DNA of 64,000 bases from Basidiobolus meristosporus CBS 931.73 (Eukaryota; Fungi; Basidiobolomycota), in contig MCFE01000127.1 of assembly GCA_002104905.1 (NCBI GenBank), forward strand, positions 62,001-126,000. Direction: 5' to 3'. This document shows positions 1-12,929 of the stretch, in pieces. The position numbers and the translations under genes are program-made. Position 1 is the first letter of the stretch. Each line of letters opens with the position of its first letter. The notes under the pieces are model-generated. The model made no database searches, had not been told where the DNA came from, and saw only the letters and a program-made list of their open reading frames with translations.

Positions 1-413
1 GTGCATATTCTCTGACCTACATGTATGTATATATATTGAGTAAAAGGCCATTTTGCGTGAACAGATTTCGCAACATACCTTATTGGTAGAAGCTTGCAAT
101 TCATCAACAGATTGAAGTAACATATCAGAGGCGCTCTTGTATTCTTCCAAAAGGTAGTAATACCCAACTCCGCCTGCACAAGTCAAACCGAACAAGAAGC
201 CCATGAATCTACGAATAATCAAGATTGTTATTTTCTAGCCTTATGGAACAGAATAGATCAAAGTAACTCTCACCCTCCCCGGAAGCTTCCGGTTTTCTTG
301 ACAACAATTTTAGGAGGAGTAGCTACACGCTCAGTGAAGCTCGAGCTAGCTTCCTGGAGCCGGGGTAAAGAAGTGGTAAATCTACGAGCGAGGACTTGAC
401 GGAAGGCGTTCAT
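1..413 (-). CDS. Small fungal mitochondrial-type membrane/coiled-coil protein (3'-partial, at least 3 exons, runs off the window)
   Basis: Manual splicing of two GT-AG introns gives MNAFRQVLARRFTTSLPRLQEASS...KKTGSFRG|GFMGFLFGLTCAGGVGYYYLLEEYKSASDMLLQSVDELQASTNK|VREYA. This reads as an Arg-rich presequence-like N-terminus, one Gly-rich TM helix and a coiled coil. Not in the ORF track. Confidence 0.8.
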
Positions 414-1621
414 TGTAAGGATACTTGAGGCTTGATATCTCGGTTATCAAATTTACACTCTTGTATTAGAAGCTGCTAAACTGGAAGCGCAATAATTGAT
501 ATGGAGCATATCTTCAATGAAATGATTGGATTCTCCATACCTTGATTGACCTTTCCCCAGCTTCCCCATCTTAGTTGGGGCAAGAAAAGTTGGTTAATAC
601 TCGGTTACTAGTTGAATTAAACCGACACGATTTGTAATCGACTTGAAAAACGCTGATAAGAGATCCAGGTGATGCGTGGATAGGGAGGAGCTAGCCACGA
701 GTAGATGAATGTTTATACCACCATTATGTAGTTAAAATAATCACTGAGGACCCATGTTATTTTGATGCATGTTAATTAAATAATGGTTATGCAGACTCTC
801 CGTCAACTTCAGGGCCAGGGCTCAAGAACCCGATCCTGTTCCCCGAGTTATTCCGGACCTGAACCAATTTGGATGTAAATTGGATACACTGGAGCAGACT
901 GGAACGGACTGGACATTGATTACGTTTATCGTGGTAGAGGCCATTCCGAGGCTAGTAAATATGTGGCCAACTTTAGCACCTTCATCCCACACTGATCACA
1001 TTGATCTACGTTTACGAAGATTCATACAACTTTCATGCTTTGGTATCCGAAGGCAGAGTAGCGTATAGACCCCCACATTGTAGCGCTGTGTGGTTTTTAA
1101 GGGAGAGTGTCCGCGCCCACTATAACAATTAGCTGGTCTTTCAATACTCTGCTGACGCCGAGGACTCTGGGAATATGTCATCGGGATTTCCAGTTCGGTA
1201 AATGGCAGGAGTACTGCGGGGAAATGGTTTATGACATTATAACCTATCTCTTACCTAGAACAGTAGGCAACCTAGCTTCTTCTAGACCAGCTAATGCCAG
1301 ACACTTATCTAAAATCTATATATTGCTTCACCTGAAATGGGTGACCTTCGTTTGGGATGCGATCCAAGGCCAAGCGTGGGCTTTCCAGAGATCTACCATT
1401 CGGACTCCACCATTAAAAAGGAAATTTTCGAAAGATCCAGCTCACTTGCAACCTAGATTTCAGTCATGCTCTGCCGATTTGATTTTTTAAGCTTGAAAAT
1501 CCGGCAGCCCTGATCTGGTCTGATGTATATAAAGCCGTTGTGTAGATGCAGTCAGTTCTCTCCGTCGCCATTAGCAATCATTTCTCAGTTTCAGTTGCAC
1601 CACCAAGACCACTTCACTGCT

Positions 1622-2131
1622 ATGGATAAAACAAAGAGCCACCGCCCCTATAAGTGCCCAATGTGCGAAAAAGCATTTTATCGGTTGGAGCACCGCACAC
1701 GCCATATCCGGATACATACTGGTGAAAAGCCTCACCAGTGTACGGTTCCTAATTGTGGGAAACGGTTTTCAAGATCCGATGAGCTTGTGAGACATCAACG
1801 TATTCACAACAAGGCCTCAAAGAAGTCACGTCTAAACAGCCAACCACCCAACACACCTATATCTCAGATGTCCTATTTGTCTGCAAGATCAGAGTTTATG
1901 CCCAGCCCATCTTTGAGTCCAGCCCTGTCTTCATGTTCCTCCGATTCAGACGATGCCATCAAAGAGCATCTCCTCAACTCAAGTAATGTGCAATTGTTTC
2001 CAACTTACTCGCCGATAGTCTACAGTTACCGCGCCATCCCCAAGGAAAATCACGTAACATTGCCCAGCTTCTCAGAGCTGATGAAGAGCCTCTCTTGTGA
2101 TTCCAAACATTGCTATGCGTTAAGAAATTGA
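1622..2131 (+). CDS. C2H2 zinc-finger transcription factor, CreA/Mig1-like (169 aa, intronless)
   Basis: Two fingers [55 protein letters not shown] match the CreA/Mig1 finger pair. Ser/Pro-rich tail and a LPSFSEL motif. ATG at 1622 chosen over the upstream ORF start. Confidence 0.88.
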   Translation: MDKTKSHRPYKCPMCEKAFYRLEHRTRHIRIHTGEKPHQCTVPNCGKRFSRSDELVRHQRIHNKASKKSRLNSQPPNTPISQMSYLSARSEFMPSPSLSPALSSCSSDSDDAIKEHLLNSSNVQLFPTYSPIVYSYRAIPKENHVTLPSFSELMKSLSCDSKHCYALRN

Positions 2132-2662
2132 GATTTGATCACCAAAACATTATGGTCCTCACAACCAGTTACTGAGGAGCCTGCCAATATAGATTGATGT
2201 AATTCACCTTGTGTATAGACCTAGAACCAATATAGAGTAATAAAATTGTTGATAATTAATTCTTGCCATGTCACTCGTATCTTGTTGGAATTGCTGAGTT
2301 GGCCCACATTCATTTTATTTATGCTATATCTAGGCTATATCTTGTGAAGTGCATCCATTGCTGCGTGCGACTTGTTACCAGAAATCTATCACCGTTATTA
2401 CTAATAATGGTGCAGGTGAAACAGTCCGCGTTTTGAATTCATAAACAATATTCACAAAAGATTCATATTTCAGAGACAACTCATTCACGAAAATAGGGAT
2501 TAGCGGGAAGTATCCCCTCATTGAAGGCACAAAAGCTACAGGTTGAAATCCCAATCAAAAATTAAATTGATACTTCCCAATTACGCTTTACTTCATCACT
2601 TCAACCAAAGTGGGGTGGAAGCCAACCCAGAATTCGAGTTGCATACAACCAGCAATATATTG

Positions 2663-5600
2663 ATGGCTGATTCTCCTTTGCGTCCCTTGACAAAGCTTCC
2701 CTTACCGATATTGCCACCTATCCCTCCCAAAGAAAACGCCAATCTATACCAAATGAATACATCATCTTCAACGTCCAGAAGTGTGACTGTGATTGATTTA
2801 GAGGACGATGATTACCCCGAGAAGGCTGTATGTATTCCTGCTGTCGAAAGTACGAGCAGAAATGCGCCCCTCAAAGACAAAATTAAAAGCACGCGTGTTT
2901 CTGGAGCAGACGGACAGTCAGTCACCCCACAGAGGAATTCACTTCATAATTATTTTCAAACACAGCATTCTTCCAAGAAAAACGTCGACGATACTAAGGT
3001 TGGTGATTGTACTTCTTGGAAACCAGCTTTTCTTATGAACAGCCTTTACTTATAAAGTTGCCATGTAGTCGCAAATGTCAACACCTCATACATCTCAATT
3101 AATCCAGATTATAGATTCCTCCGAAGACGAAGTATTTCTATTTAGTTTGCTTGGAGGCTAATGTAATTGTATATTTAACCTGCTGTTTGGCTCAATAGGT
3201 TATCTCTTTTCCTTCCGCAATTTCATTACATTCCTCACCTGCTCCCGAGCGACATGCCACCTCTATACCTTCGACACGGTCTTCCCCAGTACCTATGGTA
3301 TATATGATACTACTCGATGATGATACCGACACTTCTTAATCGCGAAATACTTTAGGGGAAAAACACCTTTGGGAAGAAGACAGATTTACGCGATTATCTA
3401 CAACCCGGTGTTCCGAAATTGCCTCCGATAAGTGACGACCTAGATCCAATACTGTTGCCGTATAGTGCTCCCCTTCCGACATTTAAAGAGTTGAATATTC
3501 CCAATGATGACCTTCATCTTACAATGGATGAATGGGCACAGCTGATGGTTATCCATGATTTCTTTCATAAGTTCTCAACAGACATCTTGCATATGGAGCC
3601 GGACGTATACTCTTATGGTAACAGTCCGAGCATACGAACATCTCAGCATTTATTAACTAAAGCCATCCCGCTTCTTTAGAGATATTGGAAGACCTCATCT
3701 GCAACACATGTACTGTAAATGAAAATGGCATCCGATTCATTTGTAATTTGATCGAGTTTATCGAGTCTGAGGAGCATTATCAAGATTCTCCACAGCTGCC
3801 ACCTGTTAGCCCGGTGAACTTCCAATGGTACATCGGTGAAATTCTCCCAGATAAATCGAATGTATTCGCAACCACTGAGTTCCCTGAAATCCCTCCCAGG
3901 GAAAGGCTGAAGGCCCTCAATTATCTAGTTGATCTCGCCCTAGACACTGACCAATTTAGCCAGTACCTGCATGCTGGAGTAGACGAGCGAATAGCTCAGT
4001 TAAAGAAAGAAAAGCGGGAGCGCACCGAGACTAGACGTCAACTAGAAACTCAAATATCTGATTTGACCAGAAATATCCAAGCTGCTGAAAAAGGTGTTGT
4101 CGAAATACAAGAGGAATTGATGCGTTTAGCCAAATGTCATTTGAATGATGAGACAGGCGATGATACTAATGAGGAGGACTCTGAGGGCGGTAGCGAGGCT
4201 CAGCCTATGTCTCATGACGAAGGAAATGCCGAAGCTCAAGAAAAGCAAAGGCCTCGCGATGAGCGAACATCTCGACAAAAAGTTTTGGCCGAAGAAAAGT
4301 CCAAAAAGAAGCTGGTAGCTACCTTAAAAGGTAAATGCACCAAGTTAACCAGGGATATCGAAAAAATGATACGACAACGTGAAGGCAAAAGAAAGTCGAT
4401 ATTGGAGCTCAATTCGAAAGATGTTTTACATCAATCACAAGTCGAAGCCGTATCTTCAAAGTACCGTGGTGGGATTATTCCTAGTCGAGGGACCATGGCC
4501 ACTTCACAGGAAATGTTGCTAATTGGCTATGACCGATACGCCCGGGCCTACTGGCATTGGAAACCCCTTGGCGGAATTATTATTGAAGAACACAAATACC
4601 CTCAAAAGAGAGTAAATCTCGGTAGTTCAGTGCCGGACGGAAGTCAAGACCTTTCAGCTAAAGAAAGTGATGGCAAAGTGAATACTGACCATAGAGAGCC
4701 AGGGTCAAAGTGGTATTACATGGACGATAGCAGACAACTTCTGCTACTGATTAGACCTTTGAACAACCGTGGCATTCGTGAAAAGAGCCTCCGATCAATG
4801 CTAACGTCGATCAGACCAATGTTTATAAGCTCGTTGGAGAAATTCCGTAGCTGGCTCAAGAAAGAGATTGGACACCCGTATGTTCAGAGCCAAATGTATC
4901 CCGAGTCCGATGCTGCTGGAGCGATAATTGAGGAGCATCAACTACCTGTGGATAAAAAGCCTCTGGAAGACGAACCAGCAGCAGAGAAAATTGGTGAATT
5001 CCTGGCTGAAGTTTCATCTGATACCAAGCAAGAGAAAATGGTTGATGGTGCTCCAAATGAAATTCCGAAACAGCCTCACGGCGTCGTGGAGCCAACGGTT
5101 TATATACGACATCTTAAAGATTCAATCCACCAGCAAATTGATCAGCTTGGCACCATACTGTTTGCAATGATTAAGAGGGCCCCATTGCCCAAAATCAATC
5201 CAGACTCGATGGTAGAGGAGTACCTCAAACATGTCAAGCAATTGTTCTCGCATATCCACAATATTAGCGACCATAATTTATCGAAACTCCCGGTTGAATC
5301 GAAGAAACGCGTCCGTTGGTTACGAACTACCAACTTCCATGAAGACTTTGATGAGAATATCAAGACCTATTCATCGCTCAACGTGAATCTTGAAATGTGT
5401 ATCAAAGATATTGAGAATTATGGATTAACCAAGGAAGAACCACCAGAAGATGAGCATCAAGAGACCTCCAGCACAAAGCAAGATCGCTCAGTTAATTTGC
5501 GGGATCGAAAGGCCCGTAATAAACCCAAGGAGAATGTCAACCCGAGCGAGAGTGAAGACGATATTTTGATACAAAGGAGGTCTACTCGACGCACTACCAG

Positions 5601-5919
5601 AAACGTCCGAGATGACCGTGCATCAAACGATGAAGATGGATCGCGCAAAAACTCAAATGCCGTGAGGTCAACTTCGCCAGAAAGAAGCCGTAAGTTGCGG
5701 ACACGCAGAACGGCACAACAAACCAGCAACCTTAACAGGAGTTTGGAATCAGTGACCAGAGGCGAAAGCTCAATTGTGACTAGACGAACAAGAAACAGCC
5801 AATTGAAAAGACCCCGAGATAATGAGGCCGATGGTATGGATGCATCTATTTCTAGAAGAAAATTGAGACCTCGGAGAGATATAACCTATAATGCCACCGT
5901 TGACCTTCACGAATCATGA
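2663..5919 (+). CDS. DDT-WHIM1-WSD domain protein (ISWI chromatin-remodeller accessory subunit-like)
   Basis: Spliced model with 4 introns. DDT-like WAQLMVIHDFFHKFSTDILHM, WHIM1-like ERLKALNYLVDLALDTDQFSQYL, and WSD/WHIM2-3 IGYDRYARAYW...LNNRGIREKSLRSML. Confidence 0.82.
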
Positions 5920-6246
5920 AGGGTATTCACATGCCCAATCCTCTATGTAATTCTTTGACCTTGACACGATCATATCGTTGTTTCTGTAATTTTTTTGGAA
6001 GATCACCTGGAATAAGGTGCGACTCCTTGATTGCTAAGTGCTGCTGACTCTTCATTATCTTGCCAACATCTCTTCGTAATAGAAATAAACCACCGACATT
6101 AATAGATTCTCCATCAGTTGATAACAACATTATTTATGTACTCGGTTGCCTTTATGAGCATCTTGGTCTCGTAGGCCGCATTTAGTCACCTTTGGAAATA
6201 CAACATAAAGCTAGCGTAAAACAAAGTATTGATAGTAAAGAGTACG

Positions 6247-7018
6247 TTATTCTAGGTCGCGATAGGATGTACGGCCACCTCTAGTTCTACGACTAGATTT
6301 TATAATTAAGCTAGTATCCAAATCTTCTAATTCCTCCTCCAATGCTAGGTCCTCTTCAGACCCTGAATCGTCGCTTCCGTGGTGTTTCTTGGGTTTCTGG
6401 GAGAGAACATCAAAAAATGGCGATTGGACAAGTCCAATAAACAAACCCTACCTTCTCCTTCTTGGACTTCTCTTTCTTGGCGGAACCTTTCTTTCCACGT
6501 TTCTTTGGTTTCTCCTCCTCCTCCTCCGACTCAAAGGAAAGATTATCATCCGAACCAGAAATATCTAACGAAACGACAAGTTTGAGAACATGGCTAGCCA
6601 ACAAATCACCTGTCTGACAAACCATCTTGCTCTTCTTCTGAGTTCACCAAGAATCCATCATCCATATCATATTCATCTTCATTTAGATTGCGCTCTCGAG
6701 TGGAAAGCTGAGGTTTGCGTTGAGGAGGTGAACTGCGACGAATAGGGAATGTTGACTTGGCCTTGACTTTCACGGCCTTGGCTGGAGATTTATTAGAAGA
6801 CGACTTGGCTACTACTTTTTCAGTGGAGGGTTTCTTCACTCTAAAGAAAGAAGCCGCATCAACAGTGGAGATTAGAAAGAGTCTGTTTAGCAAGTCGGAA
6901 AACAAGCCGATCTGGCCACATACTTCTTAGTGAGTGGCTTTTCCTTCTCCTGGTCAGCATTTTCCGCCTCTGCACGACGCTTTGCCGCCAGAGCCTGTAA
7001 CTTACTCTTTCTATCCAT
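6247..7018 (-). CDS. Acidic/Lys-rich protein with C-terminal CHZ histone-chaperone-like motif (Chz1/HIRIP3-like)
   Basis: Three GT-AG introns join MDRKSKLQALAAKRRAE... to ...DDISGSDDNLSFESEEEEEKPKKRGKK... and ...EDLDTSLIIKSSRRTRGGRTSYRDLE*. The ending resembles the CHZ consensus D.snIi..gRRTRg..idY. Confidence 0.72.
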
Positions 7019-7604
7019 CAGTGTGGTGACCTGTACAAGCTAGCTCTCAAGCTTCGCAGTATTAAATTGACCAGGGCAAAAAAATGCATTTTTTCAAAGC
7101 AAATGACCCTATCGAGCACTGAATTTTATATGCAAATATCATTCCCATCAATTTCCCTCTCTCTGCCTCAAAATCTACCCAAGTTATGCTAAACCTGGAT
7201 TTCACTTCGGAGGAACCATATCCCCCACCTGTTTTGCCTAGTGGTACAAGCCTGGTCTATAAATAACCTCCATTTTTTGATATCCACTTCCAGTGAGTTG
7301 CCCTCATACGAAGCTTCCCATATTTATCTGAGATGATCTTGGCTCCGGAGGGAACCATAGTCCAGGCTTGTCCAAAGTAATGTGCCACGCCATTAGCATA
7401 CGAATGGGTGTGGGCATAGGAATCCCCATTTGGTGAGGCATCAACACAGGAAAATTTTCTCCCAATGGATGGGGAGTTTGGGAATTAGTCTGATTTAATG
7501 AATAGTTGGATGAAAACAGTTCTCAAAACTGAAAATTATGGAGAAAGTGAAATATATTGAAAAATAGATGCTAGTCAATGGTTATTAAATATTCTGCTTA
7601 AGAA

Positions 7605-8933
7605 TTAATTTAAAATGCGGGCAACACCAGCAGCAAGGATCAAAGGCAGGGATCCTGCATACAAGAGAGAACCACTGCTCTTGCCTGCGGTGGTGGACTT
7701 GTCGTTATTGTGGTTGTTAAGGGAGTCACCAGGGTTGTTGTTGGTAGGTTGAGGGCTACCAGTGCCAAGAGTAGTAACAGCAGTAGCCTTAGTTGATTGA
7801 GTAGGGGTGGTCCAAGCAACGGTTTCGTTACCACCATATTTGCACTCGATTTTAACCCAATCAACATACATGCTGTAAACACGGTTAGGGTCAGACCAGT
7901 CAGTCTCACCTCCGGCCCATTCCTTTGTTCCTTCACTTCCACGACCACCGTCCCAGATACCTAGCTGGATACGAGCCATACGCTGAGGATACAAGTAGGC
8001 ATTTGTAGTGGCGTTCAGGGTTCTAGCCTTGTCAACGGTACGAACGACCTTGTCATCAACAGACCATGTGATGTAGTCTGGCTGCCATTCAATAGCGTAT
8101 GTATGGAAATCTTCGGCAGTATTAGCTCCAACTTCATGTTTTTCACCGTTGGAGAAATCGTGATCATTTCCGTAGTAGTAGTTGGACTCGACGCGGGTAG
8201 GGTATCCACCAACCCACTCGAAATCAATCTCATCACCTTCAAAGTTACGGACCTGAAAAATAATACATGTTCAATTCTAGAACGCCATGAATGGAGAATC
8301 ACATAAATGACGTACGATGAAGGAGGAGACAACGCCTTTGCTGGTGGAGGCGCTCTTGACTCTGGCAGAAACTTTACCATAATCAAACCATCTGAGAGGA
8401 CGGTAAGAATCATACTTCATGAATATCGTATATGCTACACTCTACCTAACCGCAGAAACAGTGGCACCGAATCCTTGGGTGTTGCCGAAGCTGTTCACTT
8501 TACTGTCAAGAGGCATGAAAAGGACTAATTGTCCGTTTTCGGCGCGAACGTTGGAAGGTGTGAAGTCAGAGGTCCAATCGGCGACAGCTGGATCCCCAGT
8601 GAAGTTGGTACCAGCAATCTTAGGGTTATCAAACTCATGGAGAGCGTTGACACATAGGGCTCTAGGGTAGCAGCTTTGTGGAGAGAAACTATCTTGTGGA
8701 CGACAGTTTTGTGGCGCACAGAAAAGGGAGTCATTACTACACCAGCCATCTTTACAGCAAGGGGCTTCGGCAGGGCAGTTTGCTTTGAAGTTCTCACAAA
8801 TGGCGCTGATCTGGGTCGTCCCAATAGCCAAAATTCCAACCGCAGCGAACAGTTTCTATGAAAAGTAGTTTTAAAACATTAGATATAGGACACGAAGGCA
8901 GATGGTAGTCCGAAAACGAACCTTGAAAGACAT
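7605..8933 (-). CDS. Crh/Utr2-family GH16 chitin transglycosylase with N-terminal Cys-rich chitin-binding module and GPI-like tail
   Basis: Signal peptide MSFK|KLFAAVGILAIGTTQISA, Cys-rich CPAEAPCCKDGWC, catalytic GDEIDFEW, RIQLGIWDGG, Thr/Ser/Asn-rich linker and hydrophobic C-terminus (SSGSLLYAGSLPLILAAGVARILN). Confidence 0.92.
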
Positions 8934-11558
8934 GTTAAGGTAGGATGTTCTATGATACTCATGAGGGCAATGGGGCTCCTTATATGCGTTGGGAATTTGT
9001 GAGGGGTATCGAACATCTCTCTAGTTCTTCCTATACTCTCTTGCAACAACGCAGCCGAATATGGAGTCTGGGTGGTACCAAAGAAATTGTTGGCACAGTT
9101 AGTGATCTAGTGGTTACTGATTTGGAGGGCCAGTCGTCAGCGAGAAATTAGGAGTAACGTGCATCATTTGCCAATGATTTGGAAAATAAGCTTCAATTCT
9201 TAATTAATGTGAAAGAATGGGATTAGGCTAGATACCAATTTGATAATTATCCAACATGAATCACTCCTGTTTTGGGCGACCACGATGTCTTATTTGAAAC
9301 ATCGAATCAAACCCAAACTAAAATTAAATTACTTTAGAAAATGAAAGTTTTCTACACATCACGATTGCATTCACAGTACATTCCATAGAATTACGAGCCC
9401 AATCCACATTAATGCATACTACGAGGTGACGATGGGTTCGTAGAAGGGTGGGAGCCTGATTGATGTTGGTGGTTGGTTTATTTACATCTGACGCGAAAGG
9501 AAATTCCTTTATGAGCAGATGCTCGGGAAGAAAGTTGGCGTTTTTAATGACATTGCTTTAGGTGGCTTCATGTGATCTACTACACGATGGGTGTTGTTTT
9601 CAGCACGAATGCTCGGTATATTCTCGCTGCCTCAGGCCCTTTTTGAGCTGTGAAAAAATTACGGACTATATACTACCTAGTGTTCTACCTTTGAATAACC
9701 TCAGCAATGCAAGGCTAGAACACAACCGAGCTGATGGCGCACATGCAGCAGTTATGGCGCCGCACTAGATTTGTGTCTGTGGAACTCGTGCTATTTTTAG
9801 ATGGTGAACTTTTTTTCCTCCTCAGAATCCAATCTAAATTTGAAGCGATAATCATCCGATAAACAAATAAGGTTTAGATTGTATTGCACTGTTAACCCAA
9901 GAATTTCCGCGATCAAGTTAGATCCCAGCAAGAACAGCATAAATTGTTACTTGGGATCTTTGACACCAAGATGCTGGTGAGGTGGAGTGAATCGCAGCTG
10001 TAAGTTGTAGTACGAATCAATATGCTCCTCGCGCTGTTAATACAATTGAGTACAGAAAAAACCATTCATTTGCATCTCTTCTCAGCAGCGTCATTTTAGG
10101 CGATTTAATCAAGATTAGGATTTTACCACACTAGCTGTAAGGGGTGAAACAGTTGTAACAGCTATTGTATCCAGTCTTTCTGCATATGATAGATGTTCAA
10201 GTATGCAAAGCCTGACGAAACGTAAGGTTTTAGCCAAGGTCAATTTTTCCAACTGAAGCTATGATCTATTCGCCTATGTACCAATGACAACTCTATACCC
10301 TTCAAGTACTCACTTACATTCCACCTATGACGGGACTTTGCGCGTTTGAGTTGTCAGGTCCGTATAGCTTCATCTGGTTTATTCGTGAGATCAGATAGAA
10401 CATATGTAGATGTGTGATGTTATCAATGTCTACATGCATCCATCCAGCATAGAGACCAGGAAATCTAATTTCCATAAATAATATAAAATTCGTTTAGACA
10501 ATGGTTAGTCCTGCTTCGCCCAAACCATCATAGATTAACTCGAAGTGGAATTGTTCGCATAATATTCTACATAGAATTGCGGCTAATTGTTAATGAAAGC
10601 AAATCAATATTCTTTTGTTAATGATTTCGATGGTTTTATGTATAATTATTTGCCGGTACCAGAATATCTATCTCTGAACTCGATGATATTTTCAAAAATG
10701 CATCTAGATTCACCGAAGAGGAAGGCAAGCTAGATTTTGTACCCAAAAAGGAGACCAAGTGGCATGCCCATCCACAACGATTTTCCGTATTGTTCTTACA
10801 ATATATTGGGTGTAAACTATCAAAGGGGATCGTAGAATATATGGTTGGGGTGAATCTCATCTAGTGCGGATCGGAAAATCATGCTCACTTTATATCTGAC
10901 CTGTAAGGATATACAACGATCTGGTGGCTCGATACTGACGATAAGATTGCCCCTGTCTCCAGCAGAAAACCAGATTGACTATCAAGTAGAAAATTGTTGC
11001 AAAAGCCCTTTGATGTGCAGTCACGGTTGTAGTTAGAAGGTCTGTAGAGTACTAGGGAGACAGTGTGCGTTGTGGTTCCTCAGATCGAATTTGTGCATTG
11101 CATCTAACCGAGATCGGTGATCCGATTAGCTAGGTCTCAAGGCTGTTCATGAGTTGACGTAATATGGAAATCGAATATAAAGGACGATTTGATATTAATA
11201 AAATTGGCTATTACATTGCCAGTAGGCTTAATAGGGAAATATCAGTTAACACTATTGACCAATTCGCCAAGATCGTGGTTGCATGAACGAATGTTTTCTT
11301 GATCATATAGTTTACATATAAACCGAGCTCTGAGCTAGGTATTCTGGTTTGTAGCCTCAGCTTTTCGGTTCGAGTAGTTTCCAGATTTGTTCTTGTCACT
11401 TATTTCCTGTAACCACTCTCTTGCTATTACTTCGAAAGTGGTTGCGAGTTACTTTGCCTTGAATTTCCTTACACTTTTCTAGGTTGACAGTGTGTTCTAG
11501 TGTACGCTTTTTTGTTTACATCGATACTGCGGGAGTTAGTCCTTGAAGATTTCTAATC

Positions 11559-12929
11559 ATGGCACAACATACGGCTTTCTCAGTGGGGATACAAACGGAG
11601 CTTCCAACGCTATCTCGTTTAGGTTTGGCTTCTATAGCCAACAAAGAGGTGGATTTTCCCTCGTTCAGCGCACATCAGCACGCCGAGCCTTCACGCGATT
11701 TATACACAAAGCCGCTAGAGTCTTTCCCTCATGACTATTCTATTAATACAGGGCGTCCCCACTTAGAGGAGATTCCATTCCCTAATAAGTTGTTTAAGCA
11801 ATACGAGTACACCGAACCGCTTCCTAAACGAGTTAAGAACGTCGGTTATTTCGATGATATTCAAAAACAAATCAGTCCAAAGCAGGTGGGCTCCAAAGTG
11901 GGTTATGAGCCTACTAGTGCATGCATGGTTGAAAGTCATCCCTCGAAATTCAGTCTTGATCAGTATGGAAAAGAGTTTCCACCACTTCCTTCTATGCACC
12001 GACATCAAAGCTTGAACAGTGGGATGAGTACCACTATGTACGACAGATACACATACGCTGAAGCAGAGTCTGGAACACAAAAGCAGCGAATGTTGGAAGA
12101 GCCTTCCGAGTGGGATATACCACGAAGATGCTCCTCACACGAGGAACATGTGCCGCCACCAACATTTCCTTATACCCCCGGTGATTGTCACGAGCGTGCG
12201 GTAGAGAGCGAATATAGAAGGAGTCATGAGTGTGGCGGTCTAGCAGAGCGCGATTCTAGTAGAGTAGCGGATGTTTATAACAAATCGTACCCTATCGAGT
12301 ATTGGGGCCGTACAAGTGCCTGCTCTAGCAGATATTCACCACCACAAAGGTCAACTGTTTCGTCAGGATTGGAAAGAGTTGCTGAGAACAGCAAAATATT
12401 GCGTCAATTTGCTATGGACTTTGGATATGTTCCTTGGTACTATAGACAGCCCATATCACCTCCTGACCGCCTGCTCAAGCAGATGACCAATTACACTTAT
12501 GATATTTTGCAAGCCCTGATGAGCCTTCGCTCTGAGAGTCTTCGTGCTGATCTTGACCTAGAGGGGGATGTAGAGAGAGAAGAGTCAGAAGAAGAATCCC
12601 CAAAATCGGAAGACGAAGATATGAAGTACATTCGTGATAAGCGGAACTTGCTTTCCAACTCAAAATCAAAATACCGGAAGCGAGCTAGAAATGGCTCTTC
12701 TCAACCAAGGAGATGCCATGCTTGCAATACCACTGAAACCCCGGAATGGAGACGTGGGCCTGATGGAGCTAGGACGCTATGTAACGCATGTGGTTTGCGT
12801 AGGTGTCTTGCGTTCCCATCGATTATGCTGCGATTTTCCTAACGATGTTTATTTAAATCAGATTATGCCAAATTGACTAGAAAGCGTACCATGGCAGCGG
12901 CAGAGGCAAGCGAGGACAAAGACGAATAA
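11559..12929 (+). CDS. GATA transcription factor, CX2CX18CX2C type (NsdD/Gat2/Brg1-like)
   Basis: CHACNTTETPEWRRGPDGARTLCNACGL|HYAKLTRKR after removing a GT-AG intron at about 12799-12863. Basic KYRKRAR segment precedes the finger. Confidence 0.9.

Noticed and set aside
1107-1490. 127-aa ORF upstream of the CreA-like gene
   Set aside because: TTG/GTG-type start, no motifs, promoter-like context; probably spurious.
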